Shown here piece after piece: positions 51,449-62,900 of a DNA stretch of 64,000 bases. The stretch lies in the NCBI GenBank assembly GCA_964035545.1, contig OZ037765.1, positions 9,124,698 through 9,188,697 of the forward strand, read 5' to 3'. The notes beneath the pieces were generated by a model. The model was not told where the DNA came from. It saw only the letters and a list, made by a program, of their open reading frames with translations, and did no database searches. The stretch's first letter is position 1; each line of letters opens with the position of its first letter. The stretch is from Bugula neritina (Eukaryota; Animalia; Bryozoa). A program made the translations under genes and the position numbers.

Positions 51449-54400
51449 TTAAGAGGGCACATAGTCTGCCATCCAACTAGGTGGCTTCCGTTCTCTGGTT
51501 GAACGTCTTAGATTGTCGCTATGATTGGCGCTCTCGGTGGTGTCAACCTGGGTACTACTAGCATTTTGTTTAGGATCCTTTGGTGTCTCAGGACTCGCTG
51601 GCTCCGTGACGAGTGGTCTGATGTCTCGCCGGTTTCTCCGAAAGAGGTTGTTGTTAAGTTGTATGGCATAGGCTCTGCTACTCAATTGTTTGTTAATTTG
51701 CGCCTCCTGCCATTTTCTCCGGTGCTGACTCCAGTCTCGAACCAAAACTGGTTGCCCTTCTTTCAGCACTGCCAAATCTCTTGCACCGTCATTGCATCTC
51801 TGCTGCAGTTTTTCATTGCGGCCCTGCTTTTCCCACCAACCTTGGTTGTTCTCTGTTTCTGGCTGAACTTGTGGGAGTACTGACCTGGTGGGTCTTCCGA
51901 TAAGTTGCTGAATTGGGCTGGCCGTCAGGCCTTCTTTGGTGGTGTTGAGATGTTCCAGTAACGCAAGTTCGGGCTCTTCACATCTGCGGAGTATACGTTT
52001 GGCTATCTTCACAGCAGACTCTGCCTTCCCATTGGACTGAGGATGATATGGAGAGCTGGTGGTGTGTGTGAAATTCCATGATTGGCTGAAAGTGGAAAAC
52101 TGGTGCGAGGTAAACTGTGGTCCGTTGTCAGTGTGAACCTGTCTGGGTATTCCCAGGCGTCCAAAACAGCGCTTTATGGAGTTGATAACAGCCTCTGCTG
52201 TTTGGTTGTCCAGTCGGTCATATTCAAGGTAGTCAGTCGTATAGTCAACAATAGTAATGTAGTGAGTGTGATTGTATTCAAACAAGTCAATTCCTACTTT
52301 GGTCCAGGGTTGTTGGGGAACTGTGTGGAGTAAAAGTGTTTCCTTCTGTTGCCGGGGAGCATCCAGTTGACATTGTCGACAGTTAGCAATATTGTTTTTG
52401 ATGTCATTGGTGATGCCAAGCCAAAACACTGTGTGGCGGGCACGTCTTAGTGTGGAGTTAATCCCATTATGGCCGGTGTGAAGTAGTTGGAGAAACTTTC
52501 TCTGGAGTGTCTTTGGAATAATGGCTCGTAGTCCTTTGTAAACAATGCCATTGTCAATAGATAGTTCGTCCTGAAAGTGTTTGTACTTGTCGTGAGTTGT
52601 GCAGTTGGCAATGTTCCAGTCATGTTTAATAAGGTTTGTCAGTGTCATAAGTTCATTGTCCTGTGCAGTAGCAGTCCTAATGTTGTCAATTAAGTCGTCA
52701 CAAACAGGAGCATCATTATTTTGAGAGTCAATGTGAAAAATGTGTTCTGGTAGTTGTTGATAGTTGGGGGAGTCAAAGTATGAGTCTCTTGAGAGTAAGT
52801 CAGCCGTGATCTGTTCAGCACCCTTTTGCCAAGTTACCTTAATGTTGGGGTATCTTTGTAAGTGAAGAAGCATAGCCTGCAACCTCCGAGATGCCTTATG
52901 AATGGATTTCCTGAAAATAGATACAAGGGGTTTGTGGTCAGTTTGGATAGTGACAGCATGGTGACCAAAGATATACTGGTCAAAGCGTTCAGTGCCAAAC
53001 ACTATGGCAAGGCACTCAAGCTCTAGTGGCACATAGTTCTGTTCCGATTTTGTTAAACTGCGAGATGCATATGCTACAGGCTTGCCTCCTTGCATGAGTG
53101 TTGCACCCACACCAGCATTTGAAGCGTCAGTTTGTATAGTTACTGGCTTGTTGCAGTCAAAGTATTGTAGAGTTTCTGAGTCAGTTAGTAAGGTCTTCAG
53201 TCTATTAAAAGCGTTCATTTGGTCGTCAGTCCAGTGAAAGTCTTGAGCATTGTCTTGTGTCAGTAAACGTCGTAATGGTTCAGATTCCGATGCTAGGTTG
53301 CTAATAAATTTTGACATGTATGTGATGTGACCAAGGAATCGTTTTACTCCCTGTGGAGATGAGGGAGGTTTCATCTTAAGAATGGCTTTTACTTTGTTAG
53401 GATCTGGTTTAAGTCCATTAGTTGTCAGTATGTGTCCAATGTAAGGTAGTTCGTCCTGAAGGAAGCGGGATTTTTCCTTGTTCAGTCTCAGTCCTGTCTG
53501 TCGAGCACGTTTGAAGAGCGCTTCAAGGTTTCTATCATGCTCTTTCCTTGTGCTTCCAAAAATTAGGATGTCATCTGCAACTATGGTGATGCCATCAAGA
53601 CCAGCAAGATTTTCCGTGAGCCTTCTCTGAAACTCCTCCGGCGCTGATGCAATTCCAAAGGGTAGCCTTAGGTACTTGTACTTTCCTATGGGAGTCCAGA
53701 AAGTTGTCAAGTCTGTAGATTCCTCAGCTAGGGGAATTTGATAGAAACCTTCTTTGGCGTCACACAAGGAGAAAAACTTGGCACCGTTGAGTTGTGGCAA
53801 AACATCTTCCAATGTTGGCATGACAGCGTGGTTTCGTTTAATTGCTTGATTGAGATTTTGCGGATCTATGCAGATGCGTATCTTTCCATTAGGCTTGCGC
53901 ACTGGTTGTAGATGGCTTATCCAGTCTGTAGGTGCTTCTACCTTAGCGATAATTTGACGTTGTTCTAGTTCAAGAATAGTCTTGATGAGATCTGATTTCA
54001 TCGACAAGGGCACCTTCCGCGGTCGGACTTGCACTGGTACAGCTTCAGGTCTTAGCTCTATCCTATATTCCTGTTCAAACTTTCCAAGTCCGGTAAATAT
54101 GTCATCAAAGTTAGTCAGTAAAGTCTGAAGGTCTGGGTCAGTAGTGGCAAAGTTTACATTCTCGCTTTTGGTGCTGGGCATTTGTAATAAATCCAGGTGC
54201 AAACATGATTTCCATGACAGCAAGCTATGTTGGGTGGTTTCCACAACTAGGAATTTTAATGTAGTGTAACATCCTTGCTTGTTTAGTATCTGTATCCGTG
54301 TCCACCCTAGTGGTGCACACTTGCTCTGGTCATATAAAGTTAGTACAGTATCAGTCGGTGTAAGTTTCGGTCTACCTAGCTTGTCGTAGTCGATCGTATT

Positions 54401-55273
54401 CAAAGTATTGCATGATGCACCAGTGTCAAGTTGGAATTCAATGTCATAAATAGTATCTGCTTGCTTAGCAGTGAGCATCGCTAATAATTTACGATCTCGT
54501 ACAGTAGTGGAGATAGTACTTACATGTTGAGAGTCACTGTCTGAAGAGTAATTCCAGGTGACTTGATTGGCTGTTTCGGTTGAGTCGCGATAATGATGCA
54601 TGCGTGACCTGCAGTATGTAGCAAAGTGGTTAAATTTCTTGCAATGATTGCACTGTTTCCCATATGCTGGGCATGCTCGAGGTGGGTGATTGCCTCCACA
54701 GTTTCCACACCTAGAAGCACCAACTGATTTTCTGACGTTGGGCTGAGAGTGAGTGTGTGAAAGTTGTCCTCTGTGTTTATCAGTGTTACGAGTGTCATTA
54801 GAGTGATATTGATGAGTCGGAGGTCTATGTTTTACCAAGTTCACTTGTTCGAGTCCATATGTGTTATCCTTAGTCATAGTCTTGTAGTCAATAGCCGATG
54901 CTTCTTCTCGTCTGCAGAGTTCAATTGCTTTGTCAAAGTCAGTCAAGTCAAACAGTTTCTTTCTAATCTTGTCACTTTCAATTCCCAGTATCAGTGCTTG
55001 TAGTATCAGTCGGTTGTACATGTTTTTTAAGTCACATAGTCCTGCAATGGTATGTAGTTCAGTCAAAAATTCGTCAATAGTTCTATTTCCTTGCTTACAA
55101 GTCAGTAGTGAGTGAGTTTTAGCCACTAAGTTTATTCTTGGTTTGCAGTAGTCATCAAACTGCGTCACAACTTTGTCATAGTCAGTTTTGTCATTGTTGT
55201 CAGTCCAGTTGAAAGAGTCGTATATTTGGTTGCCTCGGCGACCGATAGTTCTAAGTAGGTATGCAGGGCACCA
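51449..55273 (-). CDS. Single Gag-Pol reading frame, lacking the gag N-terminus
   Basis: Open frame from the LTR boundary (WCPAYLLRTIGRRGNQIY...). Two CCHC knuckles, protease LDTGA, RT LPFG...VADDILI, RNase H TDAS, integrase HHCC and DDE (TDNGPQF, SNGKAE), tail LRRSTRERKPP. Confidence 0.92.
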   Translation of the reverse strand, partial: WCPAYLLRTIGRRGNQIYDSFNWTDNNDKTDYDKVVTQFDDYCKPRINLVAKTHSLLTCKQGNRTIDEFLTELHTIAGLCDLKNMYNRLILQALILGIESDKIRKKLFDLTDFDKAIELCRREEASAIDYKTMTKDNTYGLEQVNLVKHRPPTHQYHSNDTRNTDKHRGQLSHTHSQPNVRKSVGASRCGNCGGNHPPRACPAYGKQCNHCKKFNHFATYCRSRMHHYRDSTETANQVTWNYSSDSDSQHVSTISTTVRDRKLLAMLTAKQADTIYDIEFQLDTGASCNTLNTIDYDKLGRPKLTPTDTVLTLYDQSKCAPLGWTRIQILNKQGCYTTLKFLVVETTQHSLLSWKSCLHLDLLQMPSTKSENVNFATTDPDLQTLLTNFDDIFTGLGKFEQEYRIELRPEAVPVQVRPRKVPLSMKSDLIKTILELEQRQIIAKVEAPTDWISHLQPVRKPNGKIRICIDPQNLNQAIKRNHAVMPTLEDVLPQLNGAKFFSLCDAKEGFYQIPLAEESTDLTTFWTPIGKYKYLRLPFGIASAPEEFQRRLTENLAGLDGITIVADDILIFGSTRKEHDRNLEALFKRARQTGLRLNKEKSRFLQDELPYIGHILTTNGLKPDPNKVKAILKMKPPSSPQGVKRFLGHITYMSKFISNLASESEPLRRLLTQDNAQDFHWTDDQMNAFNRLKTLLTDSETLQYFDCNKPVTIQTDASNAGVGATLMQGGKPVAYASRSLTKSEQNYVPLELECLAIVFGTERFDQYIFGHHAVTIQTDHKPLVSIFRKSIHKASRRLQAMLLHLQRYPNIKVTWQKGAEQITADLLSRDSYFDSPNYQQLPEHIFHIDSQNNDAPVCDDLIDNIRTATAQDNELMTLTNLIKHDWNIANCTTHDKYKHFQDELSIDNGIVYKGLRAIIPKTLQRKFLQLLHTGHNGINSTLRRARHTVFWLGITNDIKNNIANCRQCQLDAPRQQKETLLLHTVPQQPWTKVGIDLFEYNHTHYITIVDYTTDYLEYDRLDNQTAEAVINSIKRCFGRLGIPRQVHTDNGPQFTSHQFSTFSQSWNFTHTTSSPYHPQSNGKAESAVKIAKRILRRCEEPELALLEHLNTTKEGLTASPIQQLIGRPTRSVLPQVQPETENNQGWWEKQGRNEKLQQRCNDGARDLAVLKEGQPVLVRDWSQHRRKWQEAQINKQLSSRAYAIQLNNNLFRRNRRDIRPLVTEPASPETPKDPKQNASSTQVDTTESANHSDNLRRSTRERKPPSWMADYVPS

Positions 55274-55505
55274 TGTTTTATGTTGATTTGTGATATTATT
55301 TCAGCTATCGTGAAAAGACAGAACGTGCTCGAGTTAGTTGATAAACGTAAGAGGCCGAAGCCGTGATTTATTACCACAATATATATACACGAAAATACTA
55401 AAACTATTACAATAAGTGATACAATTAATTATTAAGATTATGACAAAAAATAGTAAAATAATAAAATAACAAATTAGAAATAAATGTTTACATGAACACC
55501 GAACA
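55274..55505 (-). repeat. 5' LTR (232 bp)
   Basis: Identical by eye to 51176-51407. Confidence 0.97.
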
Positions 55506-55510
55506 AGCAT

Positions 55511-56060
55511 TATGGTTAAATTATAACTATGATATCATAATCAATACTTATATTTATTTAATTTTATACTAACACTTGTCTAGTAATAGTTACTAAGTCT
55601 GACTTATACTCATACTCAATACTGTTATGCAAGCTAGTACTTAGTATGCACCGTCTCTAAAAAGTTTATTACTTATAGTTACTGTTAGACTAACATAAGC
55701 ATCTTTGTCAATTAGTGAACTACAGCTTTATTAATTTTAATGAATTTATCATATTAAATTAATAATTATAATAATTTATAACTATAATAATGTTAATACT
55801 AATAGTAATGCTAATACTAATGCAGTAAAACTAAATCAGTAATTCACTAAAAACAAATGTAGTACTAAGACCCAGTGGCCAGTACCGATAGTGGTACATT
55901 AATTTTAATTGATTAAATTGATAATCATAATTAATATTAATAATAATATTAATATTATATTCATGGAATTTATTAACTTTAAGTTATTTAATTTCATTCC
56001 CTAAAGTGTTACGCGGTAAATTTTTCAGCGCTATGACCAATGACTATCACTATAACTCTT
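55511..56060. repeat. Degenerate periodic tract (continues at about 50850-51170 on the other side of the LTR element)
   Basis: agtaat agttac taagtc tgactt atactc atactc; aatact aatagt aatgct aatact. Confidence 0.65.
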
Positions 56061-56135
56061 TTTAAGTAATAATATTATATGTCTAAACGTTAAACACGCA
56101 TTCTGACATTCATTTTCAACTTCAAAGCTCCTCAC

Positions 56136-56390
56136 CTTGGTAAGTTATTTAACTGTTATGAGGATGGAACTGAATTGGCTGCCAAGCTTCCGTAGTTTCT
56201 GTTTGCATAATTGCAGTAACCCTTCACCTTTCGTAACTTTGCTTGATAGGATAATGACTGGCGAATAGGGGACTGGGTTTCGAAAACCACCCGGGTGACA
56301 ACTTAGGGGGCGACAATTCAGACTCAACATGCAGCAAGTTTTAGCCAATAGATAACAGCTCCATACTTCGCAACTTTGTTGGACTGGACG
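56136..56390 (-). other. Putative non-coding first exon and promoter of the NADPH oxidase
   Basis: GC/CpG-richer patch ending in a good minus-strand donor CAAG|GTGAGG at 56136/56135. The NOX ATG exon is preceded by an acceptor ttgttttcatag| at 49265, so an upstream exon is expected. Confidence 0.4.
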
Positions 56391-57653
56391 ATGATAGCAA
56401 AATAAAAAACATATAAATATTTTATTGGTCAGCTCTGCACATGACGGACAGAATGATTACTTTTGTTCTTCATGTAATTACATCTATGCATTATTTGCTT
56501 AACTTACAAAAATTGCCTTTATTTTATTGTATATAGCTGCAAATTATGCTACAATTATCATCTATAATTATTTCAAGTGCATAAAGTATCACATATCTGC
56601 CCCCCCTCTCCCCTTACAGATAAAGATCCTCTAACAATAAATAAAGTGGTAAACTCTGTAGTAGTTGGTATTGCTGTGAGCATTTTTTACACTTACAATA
56701 AAGCAGCTATCTGAAATGAAGCATAATATATAAATTATTGGAATTGTATTCCAAACTAACATAGGAAGAAAAACCTTGATAATGTTCTAAGCTAATAAGA
56801 ACTATCATTGTGCAATTACCTGTACTAATATAAGCATGACCTAAGATTGAGAGTTGCAGTTAAATTTGAACTTAAACTGTCAAGTTGAAGAGACATTAGA
56901 GTGTGCGTGTGGTACTTCTGTACTACCACCCTAACAGTTCAGTCTTTCTTTTTACATCTATTGTTGCTTTTACTTTTTGTGCTGCACTATTATATTTGAT
57001 TGCCTTCTACACAAAGTTCCAAAACGTTTTTTAGTAACACATTTAACATTTCAAAAAAATATTAATATTATATGATGCAATGCGGAAAAAGTTAGAGATG
57101 TAACATATAATAAATCTTTATTTATGTGGTTTCTGAAATTTCTGTCAATACACCTATATAGTTTTTTGAAACTATAGATTAAAACCCTTTAAGTGTGATT
57201 GTGAAAATTAGGATTCAGATCATTGTCTTATTGTTTTATAGGTAAAAATAAAAATAAAACAGCAAGCTCATGAGTCATGCTCAAATTCACAAAATGCAAA
57301 AATTAATCATAGCAGTTTTCGGTATACATTTCTACTGTGTTTTTTTGAAAGTAATTTCTGCATAAAATTGATACGTAAACTCAACACAAAATAGTTATAT
57401 CTGCGAAGGTGTGTAGCATGCAGTGTATTGACAAGCTGTTCATTATATAAATGCTACAGGGTTCAAACCCAACTATGTATTCATACAACAGATTGTGTTT
57501 TTTCTTCTTCAACTACAGCCAATCTTAGCTTATGCTTATAAACTGCCATAGTAAACTCACTCTAATAGTATACACACATATATTGTGAAACCAAATATGT
57601 ATATACTACATAATGGTTAGAATGCATGCAACACAACATGCTTATGTCGAAGC

Positions 57654-57875
57654 AGAGTTGGCAATTTAGTAGAATCGGCAATTTTTTCTGGTAGCGTTGC
57701 CTATTGGCATCTCCCCTGATTGCAATCTCTCCTAGGAGAATTAAAAATAACTTTTAGTAGGATTGACAATTCTCCTAGCAATAAAGCCAGTTTGTATTAG
57801 GAGAGATGCCAATTGCAATTTCTCCTAGGAAATATGTCAATTGCAAAACTCCCCTAGGAAAAATGCCAATTTGCA
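57654..57875. repeat. Palindrome-rich repeat (TCTCCTAGGAGA and TGCCAATTGCAA subunits), MITE-like
   Basis: About five degenerate ctcctagga units alternate with gcaattgc units in both orientations. Confidence 0.6.
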
Positions 57876-58499
57876 AACACAACTAGAAGTTGTTGCACTG
57901 CTATGCTAACTTTCTCCCAGAATCTAACCTTCATCATCATCATCTGTTGACTTGCCGAGTGTCAACAACTTGAAACAGTTACTAATCCTACACCAATAAA
58001 TAGTATTAAATGCTTGAAAATTGAAACTATAATTTGTATAAGTATTATGTCAAATATCCAAGAAAGTCTGCTAGCTCAGACATTTAGGGTTTTTCTTCTC
58101 TTGTCAAACTGAAATTGTCCACCTTTCAGTGTTTTGATAGCAGTGTGATTGGATACCGATCATCTTTGTTTGATGATGGTATAAACTAGTTCGAAAAGGG
58201 CTGGACAAATTGGCCCCCCAACCTCTGTAGTTTGATTCAGGACCTATGCCGTGGCAAAACTTTGAATGGAAATATAAGCAGCTCCAAATTAGTGATGAAT
58301 GAGTGCAGTAGTTCGGGGCGTCTGACGTTTACCGTTATGTTCTCAACGCTAAAGTTGAGACCCCGCCCCCCCCCCCCGAACTACTGCACTCATTTACCAC
58401 CAACTCAGAGCTGCTTATAGAATTATTCCTAAACTTCAATCGTGATCAACAAATCGTTAGTCAATTTCTGACTTCTCCTTATTTTTTTAGTGTGATTAT

Positions 58500-58930
58500 T
58501 CTAGTAATAATAGTAAAAACTTGCCACTTGAGACTTTCGTAAGTATAACACCAACTACACGTATAATCTAAAATAGTACTTGGTCTTGTGGCTGTTACTT
58601 GTTAGTTATTACAAGTTTTTTAGTTACTACTAGTACTAGTACTACTAGAGTAAGTTCGAGTACTTATACTTACAGTTTGAGTTACAATTAATCTAATGTT
58701 ATTAGTTATTACTATTAGTAATACTAATACTGTAATAGTTACTAGTATTGCTCAAGTTATTAGTATCAGTATGAGTATGTTTATTGCCATTGGCATTGCT
58801 ATTACTATTACTATTACTATTAGTATTAGTATTAATATTAGTGTTAAATTTCATAGTCAAACTTGATAGTTTGTTTGTAATTACTAATTGTAATTTACTA
58901 CCATAGGCATAATCATAATGATTAATCATG
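58500..58930. repeat. Degenerate periodic tract downstream of the CpG-rich patch at about 58300-58380
   Basis: actagt actagt actact; attact attagt aatact aatact; attgcc attggc attgct attact. A second patch lies at about 59450-59640. Confidence 0.75.
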
Positions 58931-60968
58931 TAGACTCCATTCTCACTATTTCAAATAACTGGCCCACTCTTCTTGGACATTAGGTTTTGATTATCATTAT
59001 GACTCGGACTCTAAAGATCATGATAAACTGCATGAAGGCATCAAACATTTTGAAAGCTGCAGCCAATACCACAAAAATTTTAAATTCAATAACGTCCACA
59101 TACTTTACATGCTCAGTCTATAAATATTGGACAATCACAATATATTAGTCATGCATTCAGTTTGCTGAATTCATAGTTTTTCTTTTAGCAATTATTGTTT
59201 TTTTACAATCAATTTTAGTTCATTAGGCCTAGTGATCTATGTTATTACTGGAATATGTCATTTATATAATATGATGATATAAGTTATAAATATATGTAAA
59301 AATATGAAAGTATTCGTAATAAAAATGGTAAAGTTGTTTGAGAATTGCCTGTAAGTGTGAGGACATAAAATTGTTAATTACAACAATTTAGTTTTGTTCT
59401 ATTTTATCAAATATAATATGCCCACTCATGCACACACAATTTATCATTAGCTTTATAATCATCATAAACAATAATGATGCAACTATTTTAGCTGTAGTTG
59501 CTGTAGTATTACTCGTATCAAAAACAGTAATCATAGTAGTGTTGGGAAGGTGGTAGTAGACTAGTAGTAAAATAGTGGCTGTACTAGTAGTATATGTAAT
59601 ACTAGTTGTAGTAGTGATAAAAGCATTAGGCCTACTAGTAATCTATTATTTCATTTTTACTGACTCACATAACATTTTATTTGTGTAGGGCCATTACTAT
59701 GTTCTATAAGAAATGCACCATAAGATAGCTTTGTCAAAAACAGTGATAACATGCAAGTAATTTAGTCCCATATATATTTTTATAGTTTAGAGTTTAGACT
59801 TTAGTGGATTGAAGTTAATTTATTGTAAGACGATATCAATTTAAGTGGACAATATTTTAAAAGGTGCTTTTCGCTTATAATTAAATCTAATGATTTCAGC
59901 TTGAAGTTAATTAGATTCTGATTGTTATGTCTATGATTATCATTATGATAATTATTTGTTAAATGTTAATCTCTAAACGTACTCTTACCTTAATAGTTTC
60001 ACTAATAAAAACATAATAAACTAGCACATATATTTCCAGAATATTCCGAGTTTCCTATGTCCTCAGGCTAAATGTTGAAGTATCCATTTTAGGTTGCTCA
60101 TTTTTGGCATTGATAAGATTTTTCTTGTAGTCAACTAGTAATGTGACATCAAGTATGATAATAAGTATAATTTCTACTATTATAACCCAGGGAGTTAGTT
60201 AGCATTAAATAGTCATAACTCAACACTGTTAAAAATTAGTATAAAAACGATGAAATTGGCATAAAAAATCAAATAAAGACAATTTTTTTTGTAGTTTTGA
60301 ATTGGTAATTTTTCATAATTTTGTAAGAAAGCTGCTGCTTTAGTCAAACCCATTGACTCATGAAAGTTTTACTGTATTGTATCATAGGTGTTTTTATTTA
60401 AGGGTTCAAATTTTTATCGATTTTAAGAATGTAAGTTTTAATATCAAATTCCATTAGCCTACCTGTTGTTTTTGTGATACTAAGGTGTGCCCTTTAGCAC
60501 TATATAGCACAATTCATATAACAAGCTAGCATAAATGCTGGAAAATAGTTTAAGGTTGATGAAAAATGTGCTAGTCACAAGCTATAATATGCTAAATCTG
60601 TGCAGTTAATATCTATACACAGTAGTTACACTCCGTTTATATTGTATATTTATTTTGTTCGAGAAATACCAAAAAAATGTTTACATCAGTTTTATAGGTG
60701 AAAGCTCAATGTCACAACTCATATAGTTGTCATAGTAACGGTGTTAATTATTATGAGCTTGATATTATCTAGGTTCTAGTTGAGTGATATTGTCATAACT
60801 ACGTAAAGTATTATCTGATTATATGGTAATGTCAGGGCATAGGATGGTGATTAACTGCTAACATTATCTGTCTATTTGTTAGGTTGTAATGGTGTTTTCT
60901 CACTGGACCCATAGTGTTTCCTTTAGTTCAAGCTGTGACCCACAAGTGGGCTGTTAGTGCTTATACAG

Positions 60969-62900
60969 ATGGGCACTCAAGTTTCTACATCTTGTTGTGA
61001 CTGCCAGGAAAAGACAACTGCTCCTTCCAGCACAGTAGGTTTTTAATGCTGCATAAATTTTTAATAATATATCTTGTTTTCTTTCACAAAATTTGTTAGC
61101 AGTTAGAGTTCAATTATCCGAGTCATAATTTTACAATTTGAGTTTTATTCTTATTTACGAACTTTATTACTTGGTTTTTAAAAGTGTTTAATTTTCAAAA
61201 TATGTGTTAAGATTCATAGCTCATAGATGTAAATGTTTGCTCATTATATAACTTTAGCTTACTTTTAATTGTAGATAAAAGATGGCTGTCAAAAAGTTGG
61301 TAAGAACAAACTTTGGCAATCGTTAATAGTTAACTGACTTACAAGGTTTATCAGCTGCTATCGAGTTGGCCTGATGTAATATAGGTAGTATAGCCTACTA
61401 ACGAATAAATGGCTATTGGGTTTTTGCCAGAGGGTAATTCTATTGGTTACATAAGATTATCTGTCAAGTAAGACTGCCCAAGGCGGTTTGTTGGAGAATT
61501 ATAAATATCCAACCTTGATATAAAAGTCCAAGTTCTATAAGGAGACTGTCAAGTTATTTCATATTCGGCAAAACTAGTGTATAAATGTGTAATTGGTTTG
61601 TTGTTGCTTTTTAGTACATTTGCACCGGTATGCGTGGCTATTTTGCCATGTGCACACTAAGTTTCTTATATCTATTCAACAATCTAACTAGTACATTCTT
61701 TCAGCAAATGAAACTTAAAAATACTGTAAAGAGCTCATAAAGCAAGATAACTGGCCTTTTAAAGGTCTTACAAAATGTATTGAGAAAACGCATAGACTAG
61801 ATTTATGTCAGAATAATCATGGATGTGATCGAAATTTTAGCCTGTCTGAATAAATACTTAGAATAGTTTTACAGCTTCAAGTAAAAAATATTATTAATAA
61901 TAAACTATTATTTAGTGATGATTGTAATGTGTTAACAAATTACTAGTTGCTTCTAATCTCTTTTTGTATCATTGTAGGCAAGCCTAAGTGTATAGGTCTT
62001 GAAGTCGAACGGTTTAGAATACCAAGATATAATGACAATCTTATATCTGCAGTGGACCTGTACAATGTATTGAATGATGGGAATAAGTATTCTTGTTACA
62101 TTCACGACCCTCTCTACGTGCTTCTGTTAGATACGAGAAACTTTGAGGACTACAATGTGGATCACATACAGAGTGCTATGCACTGTACTGCTGTATCATC
62201 AGATTTTATCAATCAGAATCTCAACCAATATAACCATATTATATTGTATGGTACAGACACCAAGCTGGATAAAAGCAGGCACACGGATAACATGGTTGCC
62301 ATTTTAGAAAACTACCATCTTGATTTTAAAGTTTTAATTGGAGGTTATGCAGAGTTTCATAAAAGATTTGTGTTCATGTGTAATGCAAAAGTTTCGTGGT
62401 CGAGAAATTCGTGCGAGTGCAAGGAAACTGTATATCCATCACTTATACTTGAAGACTGGTTGTACCAAGGAAGTGGCCAACAAGCTAAAAACAAGCACAT
62501 TTTGAAGAGCATGGGCATCACACACATACTCAACATTACCACTGATATGGGCTGCATGGTACCAGAGATCTCTTACCTTCATATTCAGCTCCAAGATGAT
62601 TCGTCAAGCCGTTTGATAGATCGGTTTGAAGACATCTTTGAATTTCTTGATGGAGTTAGGAGAACAAAAGGCAGAGCTCTGGTGCATTGTAATTTAGGTA
62701 TAAGTCGTAGTTCCACAGCCACTCTGTCATATATAATGCTTAGTAAAAGTTGCTGTCTGGCTGATGCTATGTACTATCTGCTGCATAGGCGACCAATTTG
62801 TGCACCAAATAGAGGCTTCTTTTTACAACTGGGTGAATTTGAAGAATACATATTTGGAAAGTCCATTACTGATGCTGGAGAATTGTGGATGACTATATAA
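60969..62900 (+). CDS. Rhodanese plus dual-specificity phosphatase, STYXL1/MK-STYX-like but with an intact catalytic motif
   Basis: Exons 60969-61034 (MGTQVSTSCC...SST|gtaggt, phase 0), 61275-61299 (25 nt, ends in phase 1) and 61978-62900. Rhodanese LYNVLN...DPLYVLLLDTRNFEDYNVDHIQSA...GGYAEF; DSP domain YPSLIL...GITHILN...VHCNLGISRSST...PNRGFFLQL. Confidence 0.85.

Larger units (their letters stand above)
51176..55505 (-). mobile_element. Ty3/Gypsy (Mag-like) LTR retrotransposon, recent insertion
   Basis: Two 232-bp TG...CA LTRs; 5-bp TSD AGCAT (51171-51175 and 55506-55510); PBS-like TGGTGCCC directly after the 5' LTR; short purine run GTGGGAGA before the 3' LTR; domain order PR-RT-RH-IN. 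Confidence 0.97.

Noticed and set aside
53560-53590. RT catalytic motif VADD instead of YxDD
   Set aside because: Non-Tyr variants such as (I/V)ADD occur in this type of Gypsy element and the catalytic aspartates are intact.
51521-55115. Plus-strand ORFs inside the retrotransposon
   Set aside because: Short antisense shadows of gag-pol with no recognisable env or accessory domain.
61282-61299. ATG at 61282 as the phosphatase start
   Set aside because: It gives a phase-0 donor that is out of frame with exon 61978 and reaches a stop after five codons; the ATG at 60969 fits all phases.
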